Positions 40,641-49,719 of a DNA stretch of 64,000 bases are shown in pieces (position 1 is the stretch's first letter; each line of letters opens with the position of its first letter). Source of the DNA: Deltaproteobacteria bacterium (GTDB lineage Bacteria > Myxococcota_A > Polyangia > Polyangiales > Houyiibacteriaceae); assembly GCA_034670305.1 (NCBI GenBank), contig JAXMNT010000010.1:64001-128000 (forward strand), written 5' to 3'. The notes beneath the pieces are model-generated. The model did no database searches and had not been told where the DNA came from. It worked only from the letters and a program-made list of their open reading frames with translations. The translations under genes were made by a program, and so were the position numbers.

Positions 40641-41628
40641 CGACCACGCCCTCGTCTCGTGCGCTCGCGTCCGGAACGCCACCCGCGCCGGCCGCGTCCG
40701 GGTCCGCCATGACTGCGCCGACGGGCACGACCGGCTCGGCCGGGATGCGCTGGCCCGCCGGGCCCCACAGCATCGGCTCGGTGTCGCTCAGCGCGAGCAA
40801 GAGGAGCGCGTCGTGCATCGGGTCGGGCGGCCGCCGGCGGGGATGTTCCACGCTGTTCAAGATCCAGTCGTCGCCTTCGGGCATCGCCTCGCCCCAGGCT
40901 CGAAGCGCCATGAGCGACCACGCGAGCGAGATGGGCGCGCGGATGGATCGCACCGCGCCCCGCAGGTAGTCGATGGACCGATCGACCTCGTCGGTGCGCT
41001 CTTCGCCGACGAGCGCCAGAAGCGCCACGCCAGTCGTCGCCGGAAACGGGCGCAAGAGGTTCCGGAGCACCCGCGTGTTGCCGTAGTTCCAGCCGCCTTC
41101 GGGCAAACATCGATCCCGCAGCAGGCGCGCCCCCTCGGCGACCCGCGTGTGGTCGGCGTGACCGGCCGCACGCAATCCGATCATCGCGTAGCCCGTGGGC
41201 TCCACCCACGAGTGTGTCTCCGCGACCCACGACCATCCCTTGATGCTCGGGTCGTGGCCCAGCTGCGGGTCGCGCGCGTAGACCGTGCCGGCCGTGGTGA
41301 GCAGGTGCTGACTCGCTTGGACCGCGAAGTCGTTCTCCGAGCCGCGCACCCGCGCCGCAGCCGCGAGGGCGAGGGAGGTCGGCCAGAGCGGTTCGGGAAG
41401 TTGCATGGTTGCAGGCACCCCACCCCGTTCGTCCTGGATGCTGGCGATCCAGTCGAGCGCGTCGCGCACCAAGGCGGGTGAATCGCTCCGGGCGTGGAGC
41501 GCCAGCGCGGCGAGTGCGGTGGCTTCGGACGCGCCGCCGGTGGTGCGGTACCCGTACGACCAGCGAACGCCCCCGCCCACCGCGGTCCCTCGCCGCAATC
41601 GTTCCAGCAGAGTGTCCGCCGCGCCCAC
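40630..41628 (-). CDS. Prenyltransferase/squalene-cyclase-repeat (alpha/alpha toroid) protein
   Basis: QDERGG, GWSW...SWVEPT and EGGWNYGN repeats. Overlaps the DUF362 start. Confidence 0.7.
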   Translation of the reverse strand: MGAADTLLERLRRGTAVGGGVRWSYGYRTTGGASEATALAALALHARSDSPALVRDALDWIASIQDERGGVPATMQLPEPLWPTSLALAAAARVRGSENDFAVQASQHLLTTAGTVYARDPQLGHDPSIKGWSWVAETHSWVEPTGYAMIGLRAAGHADHTRVAEGARLLRDRCLPEGGWNYGNTRVLRNLLRPFPATTGVALLALVGEERTDEVDRSIDYLRGAVRSIRAPISLAWSLMALRAWGEAMPEGDDWILNSVEHPRRRPPDPMHDALLLLALSDTEPMLWGPAGQRIPAEPVVPVGAVMADPDAAGAGGVPDASARDEGVVDGD

Positions 41629-41822
41629 GACCCATCAGAGCACATCCGCACCGCGGCGCACGAGTTCTTCCGTCGGGCCCGCTGCCCGGAGTACGCTCAC
41701 GCCCGATGGCTCTGGGCACACCGCATTCACTGCGATTCGAGAAGCCAGTGCGCGTCGCGCGGACGGCATTGCAACGGACGCCCCATCGAACACCGTGGAG
41801 TCGGACCCAGGGACCACGCTGG

Positions 41823-42722
41823 ATGGTGGGCACCGCGGTGCTCCTGTGTCTGGCGACGTTCGCGCGCCCAGCGGCGGCCCAAGAGGATGCGCGCACGCTC
41901 TTCTTGCGAGGCGCCGAGGCGTACCAAGCCGGCGACTACCCGACGGCAGTCGAGGCGTTCGAGGCATCGTACGCGCAAGCCCCCGTGCCGGTGGTGCTCT
42001 TCAACCTCGCGCAGACCCTCGTGGCGCTCCACCGCCGCGCGGAAGCCATCGACGCGTTCCACCGCTACCTCTCCACCGAAGAGTCGATCGACGCCGAACG
42101 CCAAGCCGCAGTCGAACAGGCGATGCGGGAACTCGAGCGCGAACTCACCCCGGTGCGGATCGAGATCAATGTGCGCGGCGCAGAGGTTCGAGTGGACGGC
42201 CGCGTGCTTGGGGAGAGTCCGTTTCGAGAGACGGTCTACGTGGATGCGGGGCGGCGGCGATTCACCGCCACCGCGGATGGACATGTGGAAGCTTCGCGGA
42301 GTTTGATGCTGCGCGCCGGCACCCAGAGCACGCTCTCGCTTCGGCTCGAACCGATCCCGGTCGAAGGCACGCTGCGGCTGCGCGCCAACGTGCATCCGGC
42401 GATGGTCTTCCTCGACGACACCGAGCTCGGCCGCGCGCCGCTCGATCGCACCGTGCGCGTCGGTGCGCACACGGTGCGGGTCGAAGCGAACGGCTACGAC
42501 GACTTCGAAGAAGCCATCCGCATCGAAGAAGACCAGCGGATCGATCTGCGGGCGGTGCTCGAGGAGCGCAGCCGCGTGGTCGACCAGTGGTGGCTCTGGG
42601 CCGGGCTCGGAGGCGCAGTGCTCCTCGGGGTGATCCTCGCGATCGGACTGACCGTGCCGGCGAGTGTCGACCCGCTCGAAGGATCGCTGCCAACCGTCAA
42701 CGCGCTCTCGGTGGGCCGATGA
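41823..42722 (+). CDS. TPR + PEGA domain protein
   Basis: Signal peptide, TPR (AYQAGDY...VLFNLA), two PEGA-like repeats, C-terminal WWLW-TM. Start uncertain. Confidence 0.8.
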   Translation: MVGTAVLLCLATFARPAAAQEDARTLFLRGAEAYQAGDYPTAVEAFEASYAQAPVPVVLFNLAQTLVALHRRAEAIDAFHRYLSTEESIDAERQAAVEQAMRELERELTPVRIEINVRGAEVRVDGRVLGESPFRETVYVDAGRRRFTATADGHVEASRSLMLRAGTQSTLSLRLEPIPVEGTLRLRANVHPAMVFLDDTELGRAPLDRTVRVGAHTVRVEANGYDDFEEAIRIEEDQRIDLRAVLEERSRVVDQWWLWAGLGGAVLLGVILAIGLTVPASVDPLEGSLPTVNALSVGR

Positions 42723-43264
42723 GCCGAGTGTTCGCAGCGCTTCGGTCGGTGTTCTGCCTGGCCGCACTGATACTCACGACGAGCTGCGGCGAGGAGCTGA
42801 CCCAGTTCTTCGTCTGCTACGAGATCGCGCCCGATTTGGTCGCGGATTCCACGGTCGTCCACGCCTGCGTCCGCGACGCGGACGGCAACACGATCTTCGG
42901 CTGCGGCGACAGCGAACTCTCGCTCGGGCGCACCGGCGAGACCGCCACCCAGTCGATCGTCGGCAACGGCGAGGTGGACATCACGCTCTCCGCCGACGTC
43001 ACCCGCGCTGGCCCCGGCGGCACCACCCGCGTGGTGCCCGTCGAGCAGCGCGTGGTGGCCACCCTCGAACCCGGCCGGATCATCGATCTGCGCTTGCGAC
43101 TCGAAGCGGTCTGTCTCGAGCGCGCGTGCGACGCCGGCGAGACCTGCGTCGGGGGCGAGTGTCGGGCGGCGGAAGTCACCGCCCGCTGCTTGACCGCACA
43201 CGGGGAGCCGCCGCCGGACCGGTGCGACGACCCGAGGCTGGAAGGCGGCTGCTCGGCGAGGTAG
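42719..43264 (+). CDS. Lipoprotein with Cys-rich C-terminus
   Basis: Lipobox TTSC. ATGA overlap with the upstream gene. Confidence 0.7.
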   Translation: MSRVFAALRSVFCLAALILTTSCGEELTQFFVCYEIAPDLVADSTVVHACVRDADGNTIFGCGDSELSLGRTGETATQSIVGNGEVDITLSADVTRAGPGGTTRVVPVEQRVVATLEPGRIIDLRLRLEAVCLERACDAGETCVGGECRAAEVTARCLTAHGEPPPDRCDDPRLEGGCSAR

Positions 43265-43287
43265 GAGGAGGCGGAGCGCGGACGCGG

Positions 43288-43608
43288 CCCGTGCCCGTGC
43301 CCGTGGTTGTTCGGACGCCGAAGCCGAAACCGAAGCCGAAACCCGACGCCGAAGCCGAAGCCGAAGCCGACGCCGAAGCCGAAGCCGACGCCGAAGCCGA
43401 CGCCGACGCCGAATCCGACGCCGAATCCGAGCCCGATGCCGCGGCCGCTTCCGCTTCCGCTGCCGCTTCCGCCGCCGCTTCCGCTTCCGCTTCCGCTGCC
43501 GCTTCCGCCGCCGCTTCCGCTTCCGCTTCCGCTGCCACGGCCGCTTCCGCTGCCGCTTCCGCTTCGGCTGCCGTCGCCGCTGCCGCTTCCGCTACCGCTT
43601 CCGCTTCC
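43288..43608. repeat. Hexamer tract T6, (CCCGTG)n then (GAAGCC/GACGCC)n then (GCTTCC)n, quasi-palindromic
   Basis: Between convergent stops at 43264 and 43618. Confidence 0.93.
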
Positions 43609-43617
43609 TGGACCGCT

Positions 43618-44046
43618 TCAGGGTTCGGTGGCGGTCCAGCTTTGGTCGGCTTCCAGTCGGTAGGCGCCGCGGTGAGGATGGGGGGGCGTGCCCCACTCGG
43701 CGGGGCTGAGCATGGACCAGTAGAGGCCGTCGGGGCCGTCGTAGAGGTGGTAGACGTGGCCGGGGCGGCGGGGGAACGAACACTGCGCGCGGTGCAGCTG
43801 CGCGTCTTGTTCCGCTTGGGCGACGATCGTCTGGGCTTCGTCCTGCAGTTTTCGGATCTGGTCTGCGAGCATGCGCAGCTTCGCGCCCGCCACGGTTCCG
43901 ATCATGTGGTCGGCGCGTTCGATCTCCGCCGCTGCGTCCACCAGGCGGATCGGCGGGGCGAGCCGATGCAGGCCGTAGGTCGTCATCTTCGACGACGGCG
44001 CGGCAGGGGCCTTGCGGGTGGGATCGTCTTCGTCCGTCATCCCCAT
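43618..44046 (-). CDS. DUF2452-like protein
   Basis: Coiled coil followed by LHRAQCSF...PGHVYHLY...LSPAEWG...YRLEADQSW. Confidence 0.75.
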   Translation of the reverse strand: MGMTDEDDPTRKAPAAPSSKMTTYGLHRLAPPIRLVDAAAEIERADHMIGTVAGAKLRMLADQIRKLQDEAQTIVAQAEQDAQLHRAQCSFPRRPGHVYHLYDGPDGLYWSMLSPAEWGTPPHPHRGAYRLEADQSWTATEP

Positions 44047-44080
44047 GGGCCTAGCGCGAAAACCGCTGCCGCGCGAAGGG

Positions 44081-45799
44081 CTACGGGTAGCCGAGGTCGA
44101 TCTGCATGCCGAGCATCGTCGAGGTCATGCGCACCGTCATCATCGAGGTCATGCGTGTCATCGACGGCGGGTCGCGGCGGATGACCATGATCGGACCACG
44201 CACGCGCATCGTCGTTCGACGAACGCGCATCGTGGGTTCGGGCTCGGTGATTTCCGGTTCGGCGTTCGAGACCTCTGGCGCAGCCTCGGTCGTCTCCGGC
44301 ACCGAGAGCGGTGGCAGCTCGACCACGATCGCCTCTCGGAAGATGCCGTCGTACCGCCAGAGTTCCCGCTCGCCATGGAGCGCACGCACGTGGCGCACTT
44401 CGTCGCTCGGCGCGACCGTCAGCTGGGCACTGCCGGCGGACGTCGGTTCGAGCGCGACCCCGTCGACTTGAACCACCACGCCGGCTGGGATCGACTCGAA
44501 CCTCACCACGACCTCGGCCGGCGGCACCTCGGTTGGCGTCTCGATCTGCGGGGGGAGGCTGACCATCGGAGGCGGCGTCAGCGGTGGCGGCTCGTCTTTC
44601 GACAGCGCGGCCGCCGTGATGCCGAACGCCACACACAACAACGCCACCCCAGCGCCCACGATCTTCCAGATCGGAAGCGGCTTGCTCGCCGCCGGCAGGT
44701 TCTGTGGCGGCGGCGGTGTGATGTCGGGTGGCGGCGGCGGGGGCCCCTTGTCGAGCAAACTCTTCGAACTCACGCCACTGTGGGAAGGCGTGAGTTCGTT
44801 GGTGACGAGGCTGAGATCTTCGTCACCGAGTTCACTGGTTCCGACCTCTGGCTCGTAGAACGCCTCGTCCTCACCGACGGGCACCGCGGAGTTCAACAGC
44901 CGCTTCACGAGCCGGTTCTCGGTGTCCGCCGACTCGGACGCGAGCCACGCACGGATCGCCACCGCGAGGCTCTCGCAGCTGTCGAAGCGGTCGGTCGGGC
45001 TCCGGGCCAGACACCGCATGATGATGCGCTCCAGCACATCCGGCACGGGCCGCACACTCGACGGCTCCGGCGTGGCCTCGCTGAACATCGCGGTCATGGT
45101 CTGAAGCGGATCGTCCCGCGCGAAGAGCCGCTTGCCCGTGACCATCTCCCAGAGGACGACGCCGAGCGCGAAGAGATCCGCCCGGTGGTCCACGTCTTTG
45201 CCGCGCGCCTGCTCGGGCGCCATGTACGGCAGCTTGCCTTTGATGATGCCGCTCTCGGTGCGCTGGGTCTGGTACGCGCTCTTCGCGATGCCGAAGTCGA
45301 GCACCCGCACTTGACCTTCGCGGGTCAGGAAGAGGTTGTGGGGGGAGATGTCCCGATGGACGAGGTCGAGCGACTGCCCCGCCCGGTCGCGCTTGCGGTG
45401 GGCGTAGTCGAGCCCCGACGCCGCCTGCGCGATCACGGCGGCCGCGTGGTGGGGCGGTGCGGCTTCCTCGCGCCCCTGGAAACGCTGCATCACCGTCCAG
45501 AGATCGCGTCCCTTCAAGAACTCCATGACCAGGCACGGCCGGTCCTCGAGCTTTGTCACATCGTGGATGTGCACGATGTTCGGATGCGAGAGCATGGCGG
45601 CGACGCGTGCCTCCCGCATGAACATGTCCACAAAGCGCTCGTCCTCGGCCAGGTGAGGAAGGATCGCCTTGATGACGACCGGACGCGTGACGCCCCCGTC
45701 CATCCGCTGCGCAGCGAGGAACACCTCGGCCATCCCACCGGTGCCAAGTTTGCGGACCAGTTGGTACTGGCCCAGCGACTTCGCTTTGGGCGCGCCCAC
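44081..45799 (-). CDS. Membrane Ser/Thr protein kinase
   Basis: LGTGGMAEV, VVIK, HRDISPHN, DFGIAK and YMAPEQ. One TM and an extracellular domain. Confidence 0.95.
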   Translation of the reverse strand: MGAPKAKSLGQYQLVRKLGTGGMAEVFLAAQRMDGGVTRPVVIKAILPHLAEDERFVDMFMREARVAAMLSHPNIVHIHDVTKLEDRPCLVMEFLKGRDLWTVMQRFQGREEAAPPHHAAAVIAQAASGLDYAHRKRDRAGQSLDLVHRDISPHNLFLTREGQVRVLDFGIAKSAYQTQRTESGIIKGKLPYMAPEQARGKDVDHRADLFALGVVLWEMVTGKRLFARDDPLQTMTAMFSEATPEPSSVRPVPDVLERIIMRCLARSPTDRFDSCESLAVAIRAWLASESADTENRLVKRLLNSAVPVGEDEAFYEPEVGTSELGDEDLSLVTNELTPSHSGVSSKSLLDKGPPPPPPDITPPPPQNLPAASKPLPIWKIVGAGVALLCVAFGITAAALSKDEPPPLTPPPMVSLPPQIETPTEVPPAEVVVRFESIPAGVVVQVDGVALEPTSAGSAQLTVAPSDEVRHVRALHGERELWRYDGIFREAIVVELPPLSVPETTEAAPEVSNAEPEITEPEPTMRVRRTTMRVRGPIMVIRRDPPSMTRMTSMMTVRMTSTMLGMQIDLGYP

Positions 45800-45859
45800 G
45801 GATCCATCCTCGCGTGCGGCGGGGCGACGGTCAATGGCGACGGGTGGAACCCGCGCCGG

Positions 45860-46429
45860 TCACGCGCCTTCGAGCACGTTCTGCAGGCGCGCGAGGTCCG
45901 CCGGTGGCAGGGCCGCCTGAATGCGCGCGCAGTCCTGACGGTTCTCCATCGCGTGGGTCGGGATCAGGCACTGCTGCGCCTCGTCGGGCAGCCGGCGGCA
46001 CGCGTCGAGAAAGAGGCCTTCGGGCGGCATCTCGCGCGTCCGGTCCGGATAACGGACCCGCACCACCTCGACCATGGCGGCGATGCTCTGGTAGGCGGCG
46101 TCGCAGTAAGACGCCCCGACTTCGGACCCATCGGCGGCTGCCATCGCAGCTTCCATCAGTTCCACGGTCCCCTCGAGGTCGCGCGGATCGACCCGGCTCG
46201 CCTCCGCCTCGGGAAGGTCGGCCGTCGCTTCGGGCCGAGCGGGTTCCGCAGGTTCCGTGGGTTCGACGCGTTCGGTGGGTTCGCCGCGGGGGACCGTCCG
46301 GGGCGCTTCTTCCTGGATCCGCGCTTGGTCCGCGGCGGTCTCGCGGGACACCCGCGATTCCAACCCCTCGTCGCCACAGCCGGCAAAAGCCAGCGCGCCG
46401 AGCACTACCCACCCCGAGATTCGAGCCAT
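45860..46429 (-). CDS. Lipoprotein, unknown function
   Basis: Lipobox FAGC, four Cys in a helical domain. Confidence 0.7.
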   Translation of the reverse strand: MARISGWVVLGALAFAGCGDEGLESRVSRETAADQARIQEEAPRTVPRGEPTERVEPTEPAEPARPEATADLPEAEASRVDPRDLEGTVELMEAAMAAADGSEVGASYCDAAYQSIAAMVEVVRVRYPDRTREMPPEGLFLDACRRLPDEAQQCLIPTHAMENRQDCARIQAALPPADLARLQNVLEGA

Positions 46430-46684
46430 GGGCCACCCTAGCACCAGCGGCCGCGCAGGCCCCTGTCTGCTGCAACCCCTCGTTGGGCACCGCCCCGCGC
46501 TTCTCGCTCTACTGCGTGGAGACCTTTCAGTTGGTGCACGATGGGGGGCGTGGTCCCCAACGAACCGCCCGCCCGCAGCGATCTCGACGGCATGGCGGGG
46601 ACCAATGTCCCCGGCACCTGGGGTCCCGGGGGCGACAATTCCCAGATCGTCCCTGGCGCGCTTCTTGAAGAAGCATCTGCCACG

Positions 46685-48202
46685 ATGCGTTCACTCTCCC
46701 GCTCATTCGCTTTCGTCGCCGCCTTCCTCGCCCTCGCCGGATGCGCGGCCGAGACCCTCGGGTCCAGCCGCGACCGCGACCCGGACCGCCCGGACGGCGA
46801 CGAGTGCGTGGTGGACCGCGACTGCGTCACCGGCCTCGTGTGCGACCGGGGCCTCTGCCTCCCGCCGATCGACGAGCCGACCGAGCGCATGGACTGCGAC
46901 ACCGAAGCGGACTGTCCCACCGACTACACCTGCGAAGACCGCGGCGCGGTGCGCATCTGCATCCCGCCGCCCGTCGACGGCCCCAGCTGCGGCCACTGCC
47001 CCTTCCCGAACGAGTGCCGCGACGGGGTCTGCATTCCGCCGAGCGACGACGGCGACGTCTGCGAGTTCGACCCGGAGTGCGGCGAAGGCATGCTCTGCAT
47101 CGCCGGCCGCTGCACCACCGACCCGCGCATTCCCCTCGACTGCGTGGACGCCGTCGACTGTCCGGAAGGCCTGATCTGCAGCGACATGGGCGAGTGCATC
47201 TGCACCGCGACCGCGGACTGCCCCGTCGGCACGCTGTGCCGGATGGGCATGTGTTTGCCGGACGACGGCGGCTGCGTGGGCGACGACGAGTGCCCGATGG
47301 GCATGCTCTGCGAAGGCGGCGAATGCCGCGACGGATCGACCTGCGACGTCGTGCACCCGGATCTCTCGACCCCAGCCACCTGGGAAGTGGCCTCCATCTA
47401 CAACTTCCGCGAAGCCCTTCCGAGCTGGCTCAGCGACTTCCTCGACGCGGTCGCCGGTCCCTTCCGCTTCCTCGCTGGCGACAGCGACGACCCGGATCTC
47501 GGCCTGCCCGGATTCATCGAAGACGCCATCGGCTCCGCCATCCGCCGCTGGGCCGAAGACAACCTGCCTCCGTACGCGCTGTCGGCCATGGGTGGCATCG
47601 CGGACCTCAACGACATCCTCTCCACGTGGATCGTGGACGAACGCATGGAGCTGACCCCGAACGGGATCCGCGACGGCTACCAGGGCACCCACGAGTGGGT
47701 CCAGGTGAGCTTCGAGTACCGGGACATGCGTGTCATCGGCCGCCCGGAAGACATCGTCGGATGGACCTTCGAGCCGGAAGACTTCCAGGCCCAGGCCGTG
47801 TGCGGCGTCTTCAACATCGATCGTCACCCGGTCGAAGTCGGCATCGGTGCCATCATCGCGTGGGCGGTCGACGCCATCGTCTACGAGGCGTCCGATCACC
47901 GCTACCGCGACACCGAAGCGATGCTCAACAGCCTCCGCACCGGCCTGTGCTCCGAAGCCCGCCGGATCGCCGACGGCATCTACGACGGCGCCGGCCCGCT
48001 CGCCGAGTCCTGGTGCAACAGCGAGCTCGACGACCTCGCGACCCGCATGATCATGGCGCTCGACGAAGCCTTGCTTCGGCTGAACCTGATGCGCCTCAAG
48101 GGCCACAGCCCGATCGTCTCGGGCACGAACATGGAGCCCGGCGTCTGGGAAGGTTCGCTCGTGGGCGGCGACTTCTCCGGCAGCTGGAGCGCCGACCGCT
48201 AG
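46685..48202 (+). CDS. Cys-rich repeat lipoprotein
   Basis: Lipobox LAGC, multiple C-x4-C-x5-C-x4-C repeats, globular C-terminal domain. Confidence 0.82.
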   Translation: MRSLSRSFAFVAAFLALAGCAAETLGSSRDRDPDRPDGDECVVDRDCVTGLVCDRGLCLPPIDEPTERMDCDTEADCPTDYTCEDRGAVRICIPPPVDGPSCGHCPFPNECRDGVCIPPSDDGDVCEFDPECGEGMLCIAGRCTTDPRIPLDCVDAVDCPEGLICSDMGECICTATADCPVGTLCRMGMCLPDDGGCVGDDECPMGMLCEGGECRDGSTCDVVHPDLSTPATWEVASIYNFREALPSWLSDFLDAVAGPFRFLAGDSDDPDLGLPGFIEDAIGSAIRRWAEDNLPPYALSAMGGIADLNDILSTWIVDERMELTPNGIRDGYQGTHEWVQVSFEYRDMRVIGRPEDIVGWTFEPEDFQAQAVCGVFNIDRHPVEVGIGAIIAWAVDAIVYEASDHRYRDTEAMLNSLRTGLCSEARRIADGIYDGAGPLAESWCNSELDDLATRMIMALDEALLRLNLMRLKGHSPIVSGTNMEPGVWEGSLVGGDFSGSWSADR

Positions 48203-48203
48203 G

Positions 48204-48761
48204 CCCCCAGGTGGGGAGGAGGCCGCAGGCCGGAGGGGGAACCCTTCCCCCTCAGAGAGTACAGGTCGAGCGAAGCGAGCCAGGCCATCTCACAACGCCA
48301 GCGAGTCAGGCGACTCCACCCGTGCACCTGCGCAGGCCGTAGGCCGAGCAACTGGTGCACTCCCCAAGTGCGTCATAGAGGCGGCGGGAGTGCCTTCACC
48401 GCGCGCAGCCGCCAGTTGTTCCAATCGCTTCTTCAGTGCGTCCAATGCTCGGGCGGCGAGCACGTGAAGGTGCTCTGGACGCCGAATTAGGGCCGCCAGT
48501 CTCGCGAAGCGAGCCAGGCCTCGAACAGCGCCAGCGAGTCAGGCATCTCCACCCGTGCACCTGCGCAGGCCGTAGGCCGAGCAACTGGTGCACTCCCCAA
48601 GTGCGTCACAGAGCGCCTCAAGGAGCGCGTGGACGCGCGCAGCCGCCAGATGCTCCAAGTGCTCTTCAACTCTACTCGGAGAGCATGGGCGGCGAGCACG
48701 TGCACGCAGCGACGGGCGCGAATTAGGGCCGCCAGTCGAGCGAAGCGAGCCAGGCCCGTAG
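48204..48761 (+). repeat. Structured dispersed repeat, locus 2 (small hairpin element, variant unit B, unit A, partial unit)
   Basis: GAATTAGGGCCGCCAGT at 48484 and 48720 (period 236). Homologous to 4046-4388 and ends at the same CCAGGCCCGTAG. Confidence 0.92.
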
Positions 48762-48813
48762 CGGTCAGTGAGTAACGTGAACCGGTGGCGATTGCGTAGT
48801 AGGCTCCGGGTCG

Positions 48814-49719
48814 ATGCAGCAGTCCCGAATTGGCTACGCCATCCTCCTGATTCTCGCGAGCACGGTGGCCATCCCCGCGTACGCGCAACCAGAGGCCACC
48901 CCACCTCCGCCGAACGAGGACGACGGCGAAGACCACACGATGCGGACCGAGGGACTGAACGACGAGGCGGGGCGCAGCGCGTTCCGCGTCGGCCAAACGC
49001 TCTTTCAGGAAGGCCGCTTCGTCGAAGCCGGCCGCGAGTTCGAACGGGCATTCGAACTCTCCCAGCGCGCCTCGTTGCTGTACAACGCCTACCTCGCCTA
49101 CCGCGATGGCGGGCAGCTCGGCGACGCTGCGCGTTGCCTCGAGGGGTACCTGGACGCCAACCCGGAGGTCGCCGATGCCGAGCGCCTGGGGCACCGGCTC
49201 GCCGCGATGCGCAATACGCTGGCAGAGCAGGAACGCGCCGCCGCTGCCACCGAGGAGGAACGAGCGCGCCTCGCCGCGGAACGAGAAGCCGAGCAGGCCG
49301 CCGCGGCCGCGGAGCAGGAGCGCCTGCGGCTCGAAGCGGAAGAACAGCGACGGCGGGCCGAGTCGGCCGAGACCGCATTGAACCCGATCGGGTACGCGGT
49401 CGGAGGCGCGGGGCTGGCGCTGCTCGGCGGTGCGCTGGCGATGGGTCTTGTCGCCAACAGCCGCGTGGGATCGCTCGAAGACAACTGCCCCGACGATCGG
49501 TGCATCCCCTCCTTCGACCTCGCTGGCGAACGGGACAAAACCGACCGCGCCATCGTGGTCACGGACGTCTTGCTCTTCACGGGCATCGCCACGCTCGCGG
49601 TGGGCGTGGTTCTGCTCTTCGTCGGCCGCGGCTCAGGCGACGACGAAGCACCCGCCGCGACGGCCGGGGCCATGTGCACCGGCGAAGGATGCGCCTTCAG
49701 CGTCCAGGGGAACTTCTGA
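48814..49719 (+). CDS. TPR protein with coiled coil and C-terminal TM pair
   Basis: Signal peptide, TPR (FQEGRF...LLYNA), typical myxobacterial architecture. Confidence 0.8.
   Translation: MQQSRIGYAILLILASTVAIPAYAQPEATPPPPNEDDGEDHTMRTEGLNDEAGRSAFRVGQTLFQEGRFVEAGREFERAFELSQRASLLYNAYLAYRDGGQLGDAARCLEGYLDANPEVADAERLGHRLAAMRNTLAEQERAAAATEEERARLAAEREAEQAAAAAEQERLRLEAEEQRRRAESAETALNPIGYAVGGAGLALLGGALAMGLVANSRVGSLEDNCPDDRCIPSFDLAGERDKTDRAIVVTDVLLFTGIATLAVGVVLLFVGRGSGDDEAPAATAGAMCTGEGCAFSVQGNF

Noticed and set aside
48204-48761. Possible CRISPR array
   Set aside because: The period is 236 bp and the 'spacers' are homologous to each other. No cas genes are present.
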